A DNA stretch of 46,136 nt from a virus (taxonomy: Duplodnaviria > Caudoviricetes). Both the position numbers and the translations under genes were made by a program. This document shows positions 10,480-19,788 of this stretch, one piece after another (within the stretch, counting starts at the first letter, position 1; the number at the start of each line of letters is the position of its first letter). The notes under the pieces are model-generated. The model was not told the DNA's origin and searched no databases. It saw only the letters and a program-made list of their open reading frames with translations. Location: the IMG/VR virus record IMGVR_UViG_3300044836_000012, positions 1-46,136 of that record; one strand, given 5' to 3'.

Positions 10480-10867
10480 TTTCCGAATATACGATTTTGT
10501 TTTCTTTTGTTAACCCCCAAATCTCTTTGCCGTATTTGGCTTCAATTTCAGGCTCTTTAAAATCCTTGCTACCAACAGTAAATGCGTTAGGTGTTACCTC
10601 TACATACATTGCGCCGTACAGCGAACCAGTGAGTTTCAAATCGGGATGTAAAAATCCAGGCAACGGGTTTTTACGCTCTTTCTCCAGTGCGTATATGGGG
10701 CTTGAATACAACGCTAATCTCAACCCGTTACTATCAATAGACTTTTCATAGAGTTGCCCCTGATTAAGCGCAATTATCTCCCCCGAAGTTGCCTCAATAA
10801 TTTTAGGTATCTCCGTTTCGAGGGATACTGATTGTACAGCTTTTAATAGTTGTGATATTGTACCCAT
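10421..10867 (-). CDS. Putative neck/tail-completion protein
   Basis: DLKLTGSLY motif similar to virion morphogenesis/HK97 gp10-like proteins; position. Confidence 0.55.
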   Translation of the reverse strand: MGTISQLLKAVQSVSLETEIPKIIEATSGEIIALNQGQLYEKSIDSNGLRLALYSSPIYALEKERKNPLPGFLHPDLKLTGSLYGAMYVEVTPNAFTVGSKDFKEPEIEAKYGKEIWGLTKENKIVYSEIVYAKIRQYITEKTGLTFS

Positions 10868-10921
10868 GAAGTAAAGGTAAATAAATTTGTTTATATCATT
10901 TATAATGTGGTAATTTGTGGT

Positions 10922-11059
10922 ATGGAAAAAATAGATACCAGGATGTTAGCCGATCATGTTAAGGCTATTCGGCAACAGGCAACTAAAGAGCAACGGTCAT
11001 TTTGTAATATGATCAGGATATTACTTATCGAAGCATTGAAAGAAAGGGGGTTGATATGA
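10922..11059 (+). CDS. 45-aa ribbon-helix-helix (Arc/CopG-like) DNA-binding protein
   Basis: Hand translation MEKIDTRMLADHVKAIRQQATKEQRSFCNMIRILLIEALKERGLI; ATGA overlap with 11056. Confidence 0.7.
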   Translation: MEKIDTRMLADHVKAIRQQATKEQRSFCNMIRILLIEALKERGLI

Positions 11060-11334
11060 AATACTCAACACATCTAACATTTAAGGATGTTAAACGTTTC
11101 CGAAAAAGTACAGCGAAAAGCAGAACTGCTAAAATAGTACGTGCTTACGTACAGTTAATTATTGATAACAATTTAGATAGTAATAATTACCAAATGGTAT
11201 ACACAGCAGGTTATTCAAATGATGATTTTGCTATGTGTCGTATAACTTACATAGTTGAGGCTATACCCATTATAAAATGGTGCAACTACAAAGAAACTAT
11301 TGATTTTCTAAACGGACGGATTTATATCAAATAA
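11056..11334 (+). CDS. Hypothetical protein in the inverted cassette
   Basis: ORF track; coupled to the RHH gene. Confidence 0.6.
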   Translation: MKYSTHLTFKDVKRFRKSTAKSRTAKIVRAYVQLIIDNNLDSNNYQMVYTAGYSNDDFAMCRITYIVEAIPIIKWCNYKETIDFLNGRIYIK

Positions 11335-11344
11335 CCATGAATCC

Positions 11345-11662
11345 ATGAAAAAGAACCGACAATACTATAAATCAAAAAAGCGTGTACTATCCCGACATAA
11401 GCAAAATGCAGATGCCGTATGTGCTGCTATTCGCATAGCTACCGAAGCGGTTATGAGTGCTATGCAAATTAAGATAGCCATGCAAACTCCACGCCCTAAG
11501 TTTCCGAGCGGTGGCATTATTGGGGAGGGGGACAAAGAGTTGTTTGCAGATAACCACGGTGATATTTTAATGCCAGGCGCTTATACTAAGTCTATTATTG
11601 AACATCAAAAGTTTAAATTAGAACATCTTATATCTAATCCTCAATTGTGGAAAGACAGATAA
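11345..11662 (+). CDS. Small protein carrying a tape-measure-like TPxPKFxxGG motif
   Basis: MQIKIAMQTPRPKFPSGGIIGEGDKEL aligns by eye with the C-terminal region of the tape measure. Confidence 0.65.
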   Translation: MKKNRQYYKSKKRVLSRHKQNADAVCAAIRIATEAVMSAMQIKIAMQTPRPKFPSGGIIGEGDKELFADNHGDILMPGAYTKSIIEHQKFKLEHLISNPQLWKDR

Positions 11663-11665
11663 CCT

Positions 11666-11689
11666 AAAAACCCGGCTCATCACCGGGTT
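11666..11689 (-). terminator. Intrinsic terminator between convergent genes (possibly bidirectional)
   Basis: AACCCGG-N7-CCGGGTT stem with a T-run on the minus strand. Confidence 0.65.
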
Positions 11690-11700
11690 AGTTTAATTGT

Positions 11701-11916
11701 TTATCTCGGAAAGTCGCCATCTAAGGGGCTATTGCCTGCATGAGATAGATATTCTGATTGTGGCGACATACCGTCCTTTACTACTTTCGCCTTCCATCTC
11801 TTCTCCTGCAAATCTTCCCAGGCCCCCCCCAGGTCAAACTTATCTGCATGGTGCTTATGTTGCTTAATAAATTCAGCCTTGCTATGTTTATTAGCCCACT
11901 GTTTATTAAATCCCAT
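11701..11916 (-). CDS. Small hypothetical protein after the major tail gene
   Basis: TAATG coupling with 11916..12851. Confidence 0.6.
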   Translation of the reverse strand: MGFNKQWANKHSKAEFIKQHKHHADKFDLGGAWEDLQEKRWKAKVVKDGMSPQSEYLSHAGNSPLDGDFPR

Positions 11917-12851
11917 TACAATGTTAATACAGGAATACCCTCGAAGCCCTCAATACCGGCGTTGAACAAATCCAACGCTGAAGCTAAGCCAATCAACACA
12001 CCGCCAGAAGTAGGGTAGTTAGGGTCACTTGCATCAACCGTCACCGTCCATGCTTTCAATGTAGCATCAACTACAACCGAGGTTATAGCGATTGGCTCGC
12101 CATTATCATTTACCGCAGTCCATAGCGCATCATCGGCTAATTCAGACGAATAGGTATCATAAAGATCAAAGCCATTGCATCCGGTTTTTGCTTTAATTTT
12201 AAGTATAGGCAGGTTGCTGCCTGTTGTTTCATACAAAACAATGTTTTGCAGTCCACGCAGGGCATTCAAATCGCCTATACTCATTTGTACAAAGCCAATC
12301 AGTTCATTAAGGTATGGCTTTTGAAATACCAAATCTGTAATGTAAGCGGTAACGTTGCTGCCATCATTCAGTTTTTGCGCGCTTTGATAGAACATTTCCA
12401 AAGGAATGCCCTTTAGTCCTGTTCCTACTTTCCAGCCCGCCAATACCCCGTTGTTATCCCATAAAATAACAGCCTTATTAGAACTGTTGAATTTACGCAA
12501 TGAGTTACTTAGGCATAAACCACCTTCAATGAATTGGAAGGAAAGGTTGTAAAAACCCTCTTTAACCGTAGCTATACCACCATAGCCAAAAGTTTGGCGT
12601 GTTGGCGCTTCGGTGTTGTCGGTTATCCCTACATACGTACCCATAGGATATGCACGAAGCGAAGCGGCGGCAAGGATATCTGCTTCTATGGCCGCTAATA
12701 GCGTATCTGCAGAAGCTAATTCAGCTTCCGTATACACCCGGCCAGTCGGCACCAATATCCCCCCGACTATGTTTTGCAGGTTTATGAAGCAATCTCCATA
12801 CCCTGTATTTGCACCAGCAATGGCACAATCTCTTTTGTTTAATATGCTCAT
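11916..12851 (-). CDS. Major tail (tube) protein
   Basis: 311 aa; position after the head-completion genes; strongly expressed-looking composition. Confidence 0.7.
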   Translation of the reverse strand: MSILNKRDCAIAGANTGYGDCFINLQNIVGGILVPTGRVYTEAELASADTLLAAIEADILAAASLRAYPMGTYVGITDNTEAPTRQTFGYGGIATVKEGFYNLSFQFIEGGLCLSNSLRKFNSSNKAVILWDNNGVLAGWKVGTGLKGIPLEMFYQSAQKLNDGSNVTAYITDLVFQKPYLNELIGFVQMSIGDLNALRGLQNIVLYETTGSNLPILKIKAKTGCNGFDLYDTYSSELADDALWTAVNDNGEPIAITSVVVDATLKAWTVTVDASDPNYPTSGGVLIGLASALDLFNAGIEGFEGIPVLTL

Positions 12852-12852
12852 T

Positions 12853-13407
12853 TTAACAATTTTTTAAGTTAAGTTTTAATTGTAAACCCTTAATTTCAAT
12901 ACAATCTAAAAAGTCATTAAAAACATTTCGATCATTCTTGTAAAGCCCGTCACGCCCCCAATATAGCCTATCATATTTAGTATGGACTAACGAATTAGCG
13001 CCATAATTTAAGAACGTTTTACTTAAACTTATCTGCTGTAATAACTCCTGGTATATCGGATATAATACAGGTTTAAAGTTATTCGTATAACGTTCATCGG
13101 CTTTATAGGTTGGCGATGTGGCCCTTGCAATAATGATATTCAGCGTAACGGTACTGTCAAGCCCTATCACATTACCATGCTGCTCCGGGAAGTCCTGAAA
13201 TAATGCTACTAACGGATATTTCTTAAACTGAAACGTTGAAGATTTATCCCTTTGGCCTAAAGTTTCGATAATCTCAATAGGGTGTCCGTATAAATAATTT
13301 ACGGCTTCTATCTTGCTATCAAACGCTTGAAGCGTGGGTAACAATATTTCGGATACCTTGCTAACAATATCCCCGAACACATCAACTACAACAAACGGCG
13401 GTTTCAT
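12853..13407 (-). CDS. Putative tail terminator/head-tail joining protein
   Basis: Synteny; YPLVAL motif. Confidence 0.55.
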   Translation of the reverse strand: MKPPFVVVDVFGDIVSKVSEILLPTLQAFDSKIEAVNYLYGHPIEIIETLGQRDKSSTFQFKKYPLVALFQDFPEQHGNVIGLDSTVTLNIIIARATSPTYKADERYTNNFKPVLYPIYQELLQQISLSKTFLNYGANSLVHTKYDRLYWGRDGLYKNDRNVFNDFLDCIEIKGLQLKLNLKNC

Positions 13408-14003
13408 ATTCCTAAAGAGTTAATCTTCCTGAATATAACAGGCAATTCATGGCACATTGTACGATAATAGTTGTAAAACCATAAATCATACCGTTCATAA
13501 TTCATACTCGGATATGGCACCCATTCAGGATATAAAGCCTTATGCGTATCTAAATAATGAATTAATGAATGTTGCCACTCTACCATCTCGTTCCATACCC
13601 TTGTTAACTTTTGGGTAGGGTTTACATTCGCTGCATTTTCTGCTAACGGCTTAACCTGTCCTATACCGACTGTTTGTTGAACTTCTTTGGTGACGTAGCT
13701 ATAATACACATAATTGGCAATTACGCTTTCTTTAAGGTCGTTTGTAAAACCCATCCATTCGTAATCTTTGCCGTTGGTTGTATACGCAACTCCTTCCAAT
13801 AAATCAATCCAACGTTGTTCTGCGCCCGAAATCGGGTCTATTCCTGCTATAAAAGCATTGTAGAAACCTAAACCCAACAGGAGCTTTAAGTATTTCGGTT
13901 CATACTTATTAATAAGTATCTCCAAATCCTCCATAACTGCCTGTTGGCTAAGCTGGGCGATAACAATATCCCCCCTGAAATAGGTGTAGTCGATAATTGA
14001 CAT
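13404..14003 (-). CDS. Putative head-tail connector
   Basis: Synteny after the capsid gene; IANYVYY motif. Confidence 0.6.
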   Translation of the reverse strand: MSIIDYTYFRGDIVIAQLSQQAVMEDLEILINKYEPKYLKLLLGLGFYNAFIAGIDPISGAEQRWIDLLEGVAYTTNGKDYEWMGFTNDLKESVIANYVYYSYVTKEVQQTVGIGQVKPLAENAANVNPTQKLTRVWNEMVEWQHSLIHYLDTHKALYPEWVPYPSMNYERYDLWFYNYYRTMCHELPVIFRKINSLGI

Positions 14004-14233
14004 TACTTGTCTTTAGCGTTAGCTTCCTCGAACTGCTTTTTTAATTTAGCAACAGCACCTTTTTCGTCAAAGTTTTTTGACTCGAATTTCGCCCCTGCAC
14101 TCTTTAGTTTTTCAACCAATTTGTGATGGATTGCATATTCTTGTCCTTTGCTGTAAAGTGGCGTTGGTCTGCCTTTAATAAAGTAATCTTCCTTGAAGGT
14201 TACTACACGGGTGTTGTCTAAACGATTGCTCAT
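14003..14233 (-). CDS. Small hypothetical head-associated protein
   Basis: Between capsid and connector; coupled. Confidence 0.6.
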   Translation of the reverse strand: MSNRLDNTRVVTFKEDYFIKGRPTPLYSKGQEYAIHHKLVEKLKSAGAKFESKNFDEKGAVAKLKKQFEEANAKDK

Positions 14234-14246
14234 ATAATTATATTGA

Positions 14247-15674
14247 TTAAGATACTGGTGCTGCTATCCCTGCTTCCACATTCGCCCATGTATCATAAAG
14301 AACAGAGTTCTCACGATTTGAAGGAATGTATGATAGGAACCGCTGATAACCACGGAATGAAGTACGGTCATAACGGAAATCTTCCCCGTTTAATCCGCGC
14401 TCGAATACCAGGTTGCCGTAAGCCTTAATTTTAAAGCCTAAGTCTTTACCTATTACCAACACGTTGGTTGAAGGCACATCGTCCTGATCTACCCAAACAA
14501 CATGCACCCCGGCGATGTATAATTCGCCTAAGTTGTTGGTATAAACCAATGGGTTGTTTTGGTAACGCTCATTCAAATCCTTTAGGTTCTGAATACGATA
14601 ATACACATCAGCCGAAACGAACGCCAAAGCTGCTTCTTCACGGTTGTTAGCGAATAAAGCAAAAATAGCTATCAGATCATCGATGTAATTCGGATTTTCC
14701 ACGCTATCGGCGAAAGCGGGGGTAGTTTGATATTGGATAGCATTTTGTTTTAAGCCCAAAGGTGCATCAGGGTTAACGCCAGGATTGTTGTTCAACAAGC
14801 CATCGTTAATTGCTTCACGCATTTGCTGCATAAAATCTTCACGTATCCAGTTTTCCAAAGACGAAACGTCTTTTAACAGTTCATCCTCAACGGTTCCGAA
14901 GATAGCCACTTTTTTAGCTTCTACCTTACCAGTTGATACGCGGAATGAACGTTTTGGTTTTAATGCTCCTGAAACTATCCAGTCCGCACCACCGGGGTTA
15001 CCTGAAACGCTTGCGCTATCGCCAATTTCTTCTTTTTGAAGATACAATAACGTTGGTACATTGATTTGCTGAATATCGAACCAATCCAGTATAAGGTTAC
15101 GTTTGTGGCGTATTTTATACAATTCAGGGTCAATAAACCTGCCTGTAAAGGCGGTCATGTCGGTATCAGGCGCGCCCTCAAAGAATTGAGGATAACCGAA
15201 GTTTTCGGCTGCTTTTATCTCGATACGGGCATCTTCTTTGGTTTTTACACCATCTTTGAAGGTAGCGGCAATAAAATCTTGTACTAATTTAGTAGTAATT
15301 AATTGCCCTTTTTTCAGTTTTTTACCGGTTTGTTCCTTTGCTTGGTCGGCATCCTCCTGCAATTCTAAAATTTGCTTGTGAAGGCTTTCGTTTTGCTTGT
15401 TGATTTTTTCCAACAGGTCAGTTACTTGTTTCCCGGTTAAAGTGTCAATACCTTCTTTCAAAGCCAATAAATCAGCCTTGATTTGGGTAATTTCGGCTTC
15501 GTCGGCCTTTTCGCCGAGCATAGTGTTGAATTTCTCAACCTGGTCGCCAATTTCTTTTATAGCTTTTAGTTCGGGCGTTTCGGTTACTCCACCGCCTCCG
15601 CCATCTTCACCAGCCCATAAAGCCATACGCATAAAATGCGGGGCGCTTTTGTTATCTAAAAATTTCTTTTTCAT
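14247..15674 (-). CDS. Major capsid protein, HK97 fold with N-terminal coiled-coil scaffold (delta) domain
   Basis: AKKVAIFGTVEDELLKD...LENWI motif; coiled-coil N-terminus; follows the protease gene. Confidence 0.9.
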   Translation of the reverse strand: MKKKFLDNKSAPHFMRMALWAGEDGGGGGVTETPELKAIKEIGDQVEKFNTMLGEKADEAEITQIKADLLALKEGIDTLTGKQVTDLLEKINKQNESLHKQILELQEDADQAKEQTGKKLKKGQLITTKLVQDFIAATFKDGVKTKEDARIEIKAAENFGYPQFFEGAPDTDMTAFTGRFIDPELYKIRHKRNLILDWFDIQQINVPTLLYLQKEEIGDSASVSGNPGGADWIVSGALKPKRSFRVSTGKVEAKKVAIFGTVEDELLKDVSSLENWIREDFMQQMREAINDGLLNNNPGVNPDAPLGLKQNAIQYQTTPAFADSVENPNYIDDLIAIFALFANNREEAALAFVSADVYYRIQNLKDLNERYQNNPLVYTNNLGELYIAGVHVVWVDQDDVPSTNVLVIGKDLGFKIKAYGNLVFERGLNGEDFRYDRTSFRGYQRFLSYIPSNRENSVLYDTWANVEAGIAAPVS

Positions 15675-15679
15675 GTTTT

Positions 15680-16498
15680 TTAAATTTGGTTTTTTAATTT
15701 ATTCAAAGCATCCATGATACGAGTGTCTTTCAACGGCTGCGTGGTATGGTGAGTGGAATTAACCGGCTCCTGTTTTTCTTCTTCAATTGTTAATGTGGGC
15801 GTTATAAAGTTACTACCCTTTGGAACCGCGCTCCCCTCAACTACTTTTGCTTCAGTAACGGCAAAAAAGTAATCCTGTTCATCGACCGCCTCTTTATTAG
15901 CCACCAACGGATAATATTTGTTCCAGTTATCATATTCAGAACTATAGTTATCATCATTAATGCACATATATATTTTAACATAGCGCATACCGACCGAATG
16001 GTTTTTTACATACCCCTTTTGGTATTGCTCAAACATATATTCATTACGGTTTTTATCTATAATTACATCAAATACTAAAGCCTGTGTATTGCCCTCATAG
16101 CTTGCACCCAACGATTTCCAACTCATGGTTTTTACAGAGGCTTGCACTTCGTCGGATATAATACCCTTAAAAGTCATGCTATGCTCCTGTAGCAAATATA
16201 ATAATACCGTTTCTGACAATGATTTACCCCAAAGTCCATCTATATGCACATCAGAATGACTATCAAATAGTTTGGTTGTATTTATAACTAAACGAACCTT
16301 TATTTTTGTGGCATCGGCTGAAATTGTGCCGTTGGCGGCTTTGGCCACATCAGCCCGGTCACTTAAAAACTCCACATTGAAATAACAGGCATCCGCTTTC
16401 TTTATCTCGAATTTCTTTTGAGAGATAAGTGTTTTCTTGTTATCAACAAGCCAATCGAAAAGCTTTTTACCTGTTTTATTTGGAATTTCTAAATTCAT
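15680..16498 (-). CDS. Prohead maturation protease (HK97-like)
   Basis: DSHSDV, LLQEH, HSVGM and EGSAV motifs; lies between portal and capsid. Confidence 0.8.
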   Translation of the reverse strand: MNLEIPNKTGKKLFDWLVDNKKTLISQKKFEIKKADACYFNVEFLSDRADVAKAANGTISADATKIKVRLVINTTKLFDSHSDVHIDGLWGKSLSETVLLYLLQEHSMTFKGIISDEVQASVKTMSWKSLGASYEGNTQALVFDVIIDKNRNEYMFEQYQKGYVKNHSVGMRYVKIYMCINDDNYSSEYDNWNKYYPLVANKEAVDEQDYFFAVTEAKVVEGSAVPKGSNFITPTLTIEEEKQEPVNSTHHTTQPLKDTRIMDALNKLKNQI

Positions 16499-16543
16499 TT
16501 CTTTATAATTTGTTGTTGTTTTACAGCTTTTTCTTTAGCTTCC

Positions 16544-17830
16544 TTAATTTGTTGTAGATGCTTGTTGCTCTTGTCCTTTTGCTGGCTTGATGACCGCTGT
16601 TGATGCGACATAATTACGTTCTCCCTTACTAAAATTAGTATCTAAATATTCGTTAACTTCCTCTAAAGGTACGCCTTGATTTATCAGATTTGCAAATGAT
16701 ATGGATTTTAATTTTTCAATCTCGGCTGTATCCTTTGCAAAAACCTGCATAAATGGTAGGTGATCCCACTTCATTACGAGCTTTTTACCCTCGGCTGTAT
16801 ATCCCCAACGGTCACTTAAGCGGTTCATTAAGTCATCCCCTTTTGGCTGTAATGTGTATGAAACCTGCGCACCCCTTGCCTTCTCCTGGTTCTCGTACGT
16901 TGCCGAGCCGGAAACAAAAGCCTCTAACACATCTTTTGGAATGTTGTACATATTGCCTATCAGGAAGTAAGCGGATAAATATTTTTCATTGAGTTGCAAC
17001 TGGGCCATATTCTCAACAAAACGTTTAATCTCAATCATTGACTTAACGGCGGTAACCTGCTCACGCCCGTTTACTTTTTTCTCTATATCTCTTTTCTCAT
17101 CTTCGGCTAATGGTAATTTAGTAACATCGTTGGGGTCAGATGTACCGGCCACTAAGAATTTACCCGAATAGCGTAAATTAATATTCTCGCTATCCAGTGC
17201 CGCTTCGGTATTACTAACAACCTTATACAAAGCATCAATACGGCTGTTTGATTTGAACCAGTTGCCGTTGCCGTTGGTAAGGTCGGTAAAAGTTATGATT
17301 TTAGATAACGGTATCTCAATTGTTGAGCCATCCTGATAACGGTAAATTATTTTTTGATCGTTAAACTCTTTCTCCAATGCTTTAGAAAATATCATCTTAT
17401 CGGCATTTCGTTGCAACCATAATGGAAATTCCATTTTATTCGTTTCCAGGAAGTATAGCTTATTATTTTCTTTATCCGCTAAGTCACTATCAACATAGAG
17501 ATATGCGGTATTTAACATCAGCCAAAACATATAATCCCAAAGCCATTGATTTTGGGATTGCATAGGATTTGGATTTTTCAGCCTATCTAATGCAGGGTCT
17601 GCTCCTATATCCTTGCCGTCTTTGTAAACATAAATTTTACCTAAACTGAATAAATCACATTGCAATGCAAATACTTTTAACAATGCCGGGTTAGAAAAAA
17701 CAGCTTGAAGTTTTTTAAGATCATCGCCGTAATTGTTAAATATTGGTGTCGCCGACCATAGGTTAAATGGCATGAAGCCATCCCAAGTACGTGTAAACCA
17801 TTGCCTGACATTGTTAAACCAATCCCACAT
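16544..17830 (-). CDS. Portal protein
   Basis: NPNPMQS...SATYENQEKA HK97-like portal motifs; follows TerL. Confidence 0.9.
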   Translation of the reverse strand: MWDWFNNVRQWFTRTWDGFMPFNLWSATPIFNNYGDDLKKLQAVFSNPALLKVFALQCDLFSLGKIYVYKDGKDIGADPALDRLKNPNPMQSQNQWLWDYMFWLMLNTAYLYVDSDLADKENNKLYFLETNKMEFPLWLQRNADKMIFSKALEKEFNDQKIIYRYQDGSTIEIPLSKIITFTDLTNGNGNWFKSNSRIDALYKVVSNTEAALDSENINLRYSGKFLVAGTSDPNDVTKLPLAEDEKRDIEKKVNGREQVTAVKSMIEIKRFVENMAQLQLNEKYLSAYFLIGNMYNIPKDVLEAFVSGSATYENQEKARGAQVSYTLQPKGDDLMNRLSDRWGYTAEGKKLVMKWDHLPFMQVFAKDTAEIEKLKSISFANLINQGVPLEEVNEYLDTNFSKGERNYVASTAVIKPAKGQEQQASTTN

Positions 17831-17861
17831 TAATTTATAATTTGCGTAAATATATAATAAT

Positions 17862-19223
17862 TTATATTGTTTTAATAATTCCTTGACTTTTCAGAAAAGC
17901 ATAAATATACCTGGCGCAATCCATCAGGTGGTTGTCAACATCTTCCGGCTCTTCCAGTACTATGCCATAGCGGTCAACCTGTCTGCTGTAATTTTCCTGT
18001 TCATATTTCAGGTTTTCGCTACATGAAGTATAGCATACTTTCATATTATTTAACCCGGATATACCGTCAATTACCGAACCGGGGGGCTTTTGTGCGGCTA
18101 TTGAGTAATCATAACCAGCGGCACGTAACGCACGTATTTTAGTCGGCCTGTTTGGGTCGCAAACGATAACCCTATCCTTATTTATCCCCAAACGGTTAAA
18201 TACCCACGAAACTACACCCTCTTCCATTGAGTTAATCATTTCAAGTTCTTTTAGGGTGAGTTTTGGTTTTAAAATATTCTCGCTATCATAATGCCGCTCA
18301 TGTAAATACAGGCAGCCATCATAATATTTAGCATCGAGTATTGCCCACGGGTCAACAGCCCCCCAATCGGATGCGGAATGTACAGTAGCATCAATGGCGT
18401 TATACTCATCCAATGATATTTGTTGCCAATGGAATATCCTGTTAGGGCGTTCTGCTTTCAATCCCCTGCCGTAGACATGCCAATTGAATTGCGAGGCGGT
18501 GCCTATGCGCTCGTTTTCTTTGCACCTCGATAACTCCTTTAACTGCTTTTCGCTAAATTTTAACTCATTAAGTAAAATATCGTATTTTTTAGCCTCATGC
18601 TCATTTATCTGCTCTGCTATACTACAATCAGAAACCGGCTGATAAGATAATATTTTGATACGCTGTTCAGGTGGGCAAAACGGGTTGTCCTTAAATGTAG
18701 AGTGAATTACCAAAGTGCGGGGGTCTTTCTTTAAATCATCAATCCAATGCGCCTGCTTTGGGTTCCAGTCTATGAATACAATATCTGTTGTACGCATATC
18801 CAACTGATCAAAGGTTGCCCGGCTTATTTTATACGGTTCATTTAACCATATAACATCCCCCTGGTATCCGTGTACCTTATCAATATCGTCCGTTCCGCAT
18901 ATCTCAATATTGGTTTTAGTAGGGAAGTAGAATACTGATTTTGATATATTAAATCGTACCTGTTGCCATCTTGTTAGTGATGGGTATACTTTATGCATAT
19001 CGTGCATAACAGTATCCCTGCAATCTTTTGCGGTATCACGCCAAACGGATAAACGGGAATTTTCGGTTTCGTTGGCATAGCAGTAAAATGCCTGCAATAA
19101 AGATTGCGTTTTGCTGGACCTGCTGCTGCCTTCCAAAAGTATGTACCGATATTTTTTATTACCTTCGTTATCTTTGGCTTTAAGGCCTTCCCATATTTTT
19201 TGAAATACAATAGTAGCTTGCAT
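17862..19223 (-). CDS. terL: Terminase large subunit (PBSX-like)
   Basis: Walker A EGSSRSSKT, WLNE, DWNP, HSTFKDNPF; nuclease motifs DWG and DNHLMDCARY. Confidence 0.92.
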   Translation of the reverse strand: MQATIVFQKIWEGLKAKDNEGNKKYRYILLEGSSRSSKTQSLLQAFYCYANETENSRLSVWRDTAKDCRDTVMHDMHKVYPSLTRWQQVRFNISKSVFYFPTKTNIEICGTDDIDKVHGYQGDVIWLNEPYKISRATFDQLDMRTTDIVFIDWNPKQAHWIDDLKKDPRTLVIHSTFKDNPFCPPEQRIKILSYQPVSDCSIAEQINEHEAKKYDILLNELKFSEKQLKELSRCKENERIGTASQFNWHVYGRGLKAERPNRIFHWQQISLDEYNAIDATVHSASDWGAVDPWAILDAKYYDGCLYLHERHYDSENILKPKLTLKELEMINSMEEGVVSWVFNRLGINKDRVIVCDPNRPTKIRALRAAGYDYSIAAQKPPGSVIDGISGLNNMKVCYTSCSENLKYEQENYSRQVDRYGIVLEEPEDVDNHLMDCARYIYAFLKSQGIIKTI

Positions 19224-19788
19224 GTTAATTAATATACTTATCAGAACATCCTACCGTCCCTCCGGCTTCAAACGTGCCTTACAATCGGTATTAAACCAAA
19301 CGCACAAAGATATACGAATAATTGTTAGTTATGACAATCATAATGCGTTAAGGTATATTCCCGATACGGTGGAGAAGGTAAAGGTACTGCGTGGCCCCGG
19401 TAACTACTTCTATGATGATTATTGTAATAAGCTGAAAGAGTTGGTAACAGACGGCTATTTTCTATTCCTTGATGATGATGATTATTTAGCTAATCCTGAA
19501 ATACTGGCCAACTTACCACTATCAGAAGATTATGGCCTGATCGTACAACTTCGAAGGGGCAACGTTATCCGTCCTGAAACATCTGAAATATTACCGGGTA
19601 AAATAGGTATGCCATGTTTAATATTACACCATTCGCACAAGCATTTAGCTAATATCCCACCAACCGGGCAAGGGGATTATTATTGGATAAAGGCGGTTAG
19701 CGAAAAGTTGCCTATGAGATTTGAGCCTGTGATTGTTGTTTGTAGCGATAAGAGGGGTAATGGGAAACAGGAGAGGCCTAGCGGGTAA
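19222..19788 (+). CDS. Glycosyltransferase, GT2-like (inverted orientation)
   Basis: INILIRTSYRP N-terminus; FLFLDDDD DxD motif; GDY. Confidence 0.85.
   Translation: MLINILIRTSYRPSGFKRALQSVLNQTHKDIRIIVSYDNHNALRYIPDTVEKVKVLRGPGNYFYDDYCNKLKELVTDGYFLFLDDDDYLANPEILANLPLSEDYGLIVQLRRGNVIRPETSEILPGKIGMPCLILHHSHKHLANIPPTGQGDYYWIKAVSEKLPMRFEPVIVVCSDKRGNGKQERPSG

Noticed and set aside
11823-11830. G8 run (minus strand) as the tail-chaperone programmed frameshift
   Set aside because: The -1 frame closes after about 30 codons and a terminator follows, so no G/GT-like extension results
3542-17171. Many plus-strand ORFs antisense to structural genes (e.g. 7141..7647, 8587..8916, 15397..15717)
   Set aside because: Typical antisense shadows of highly expressed genes; no motifs or start context
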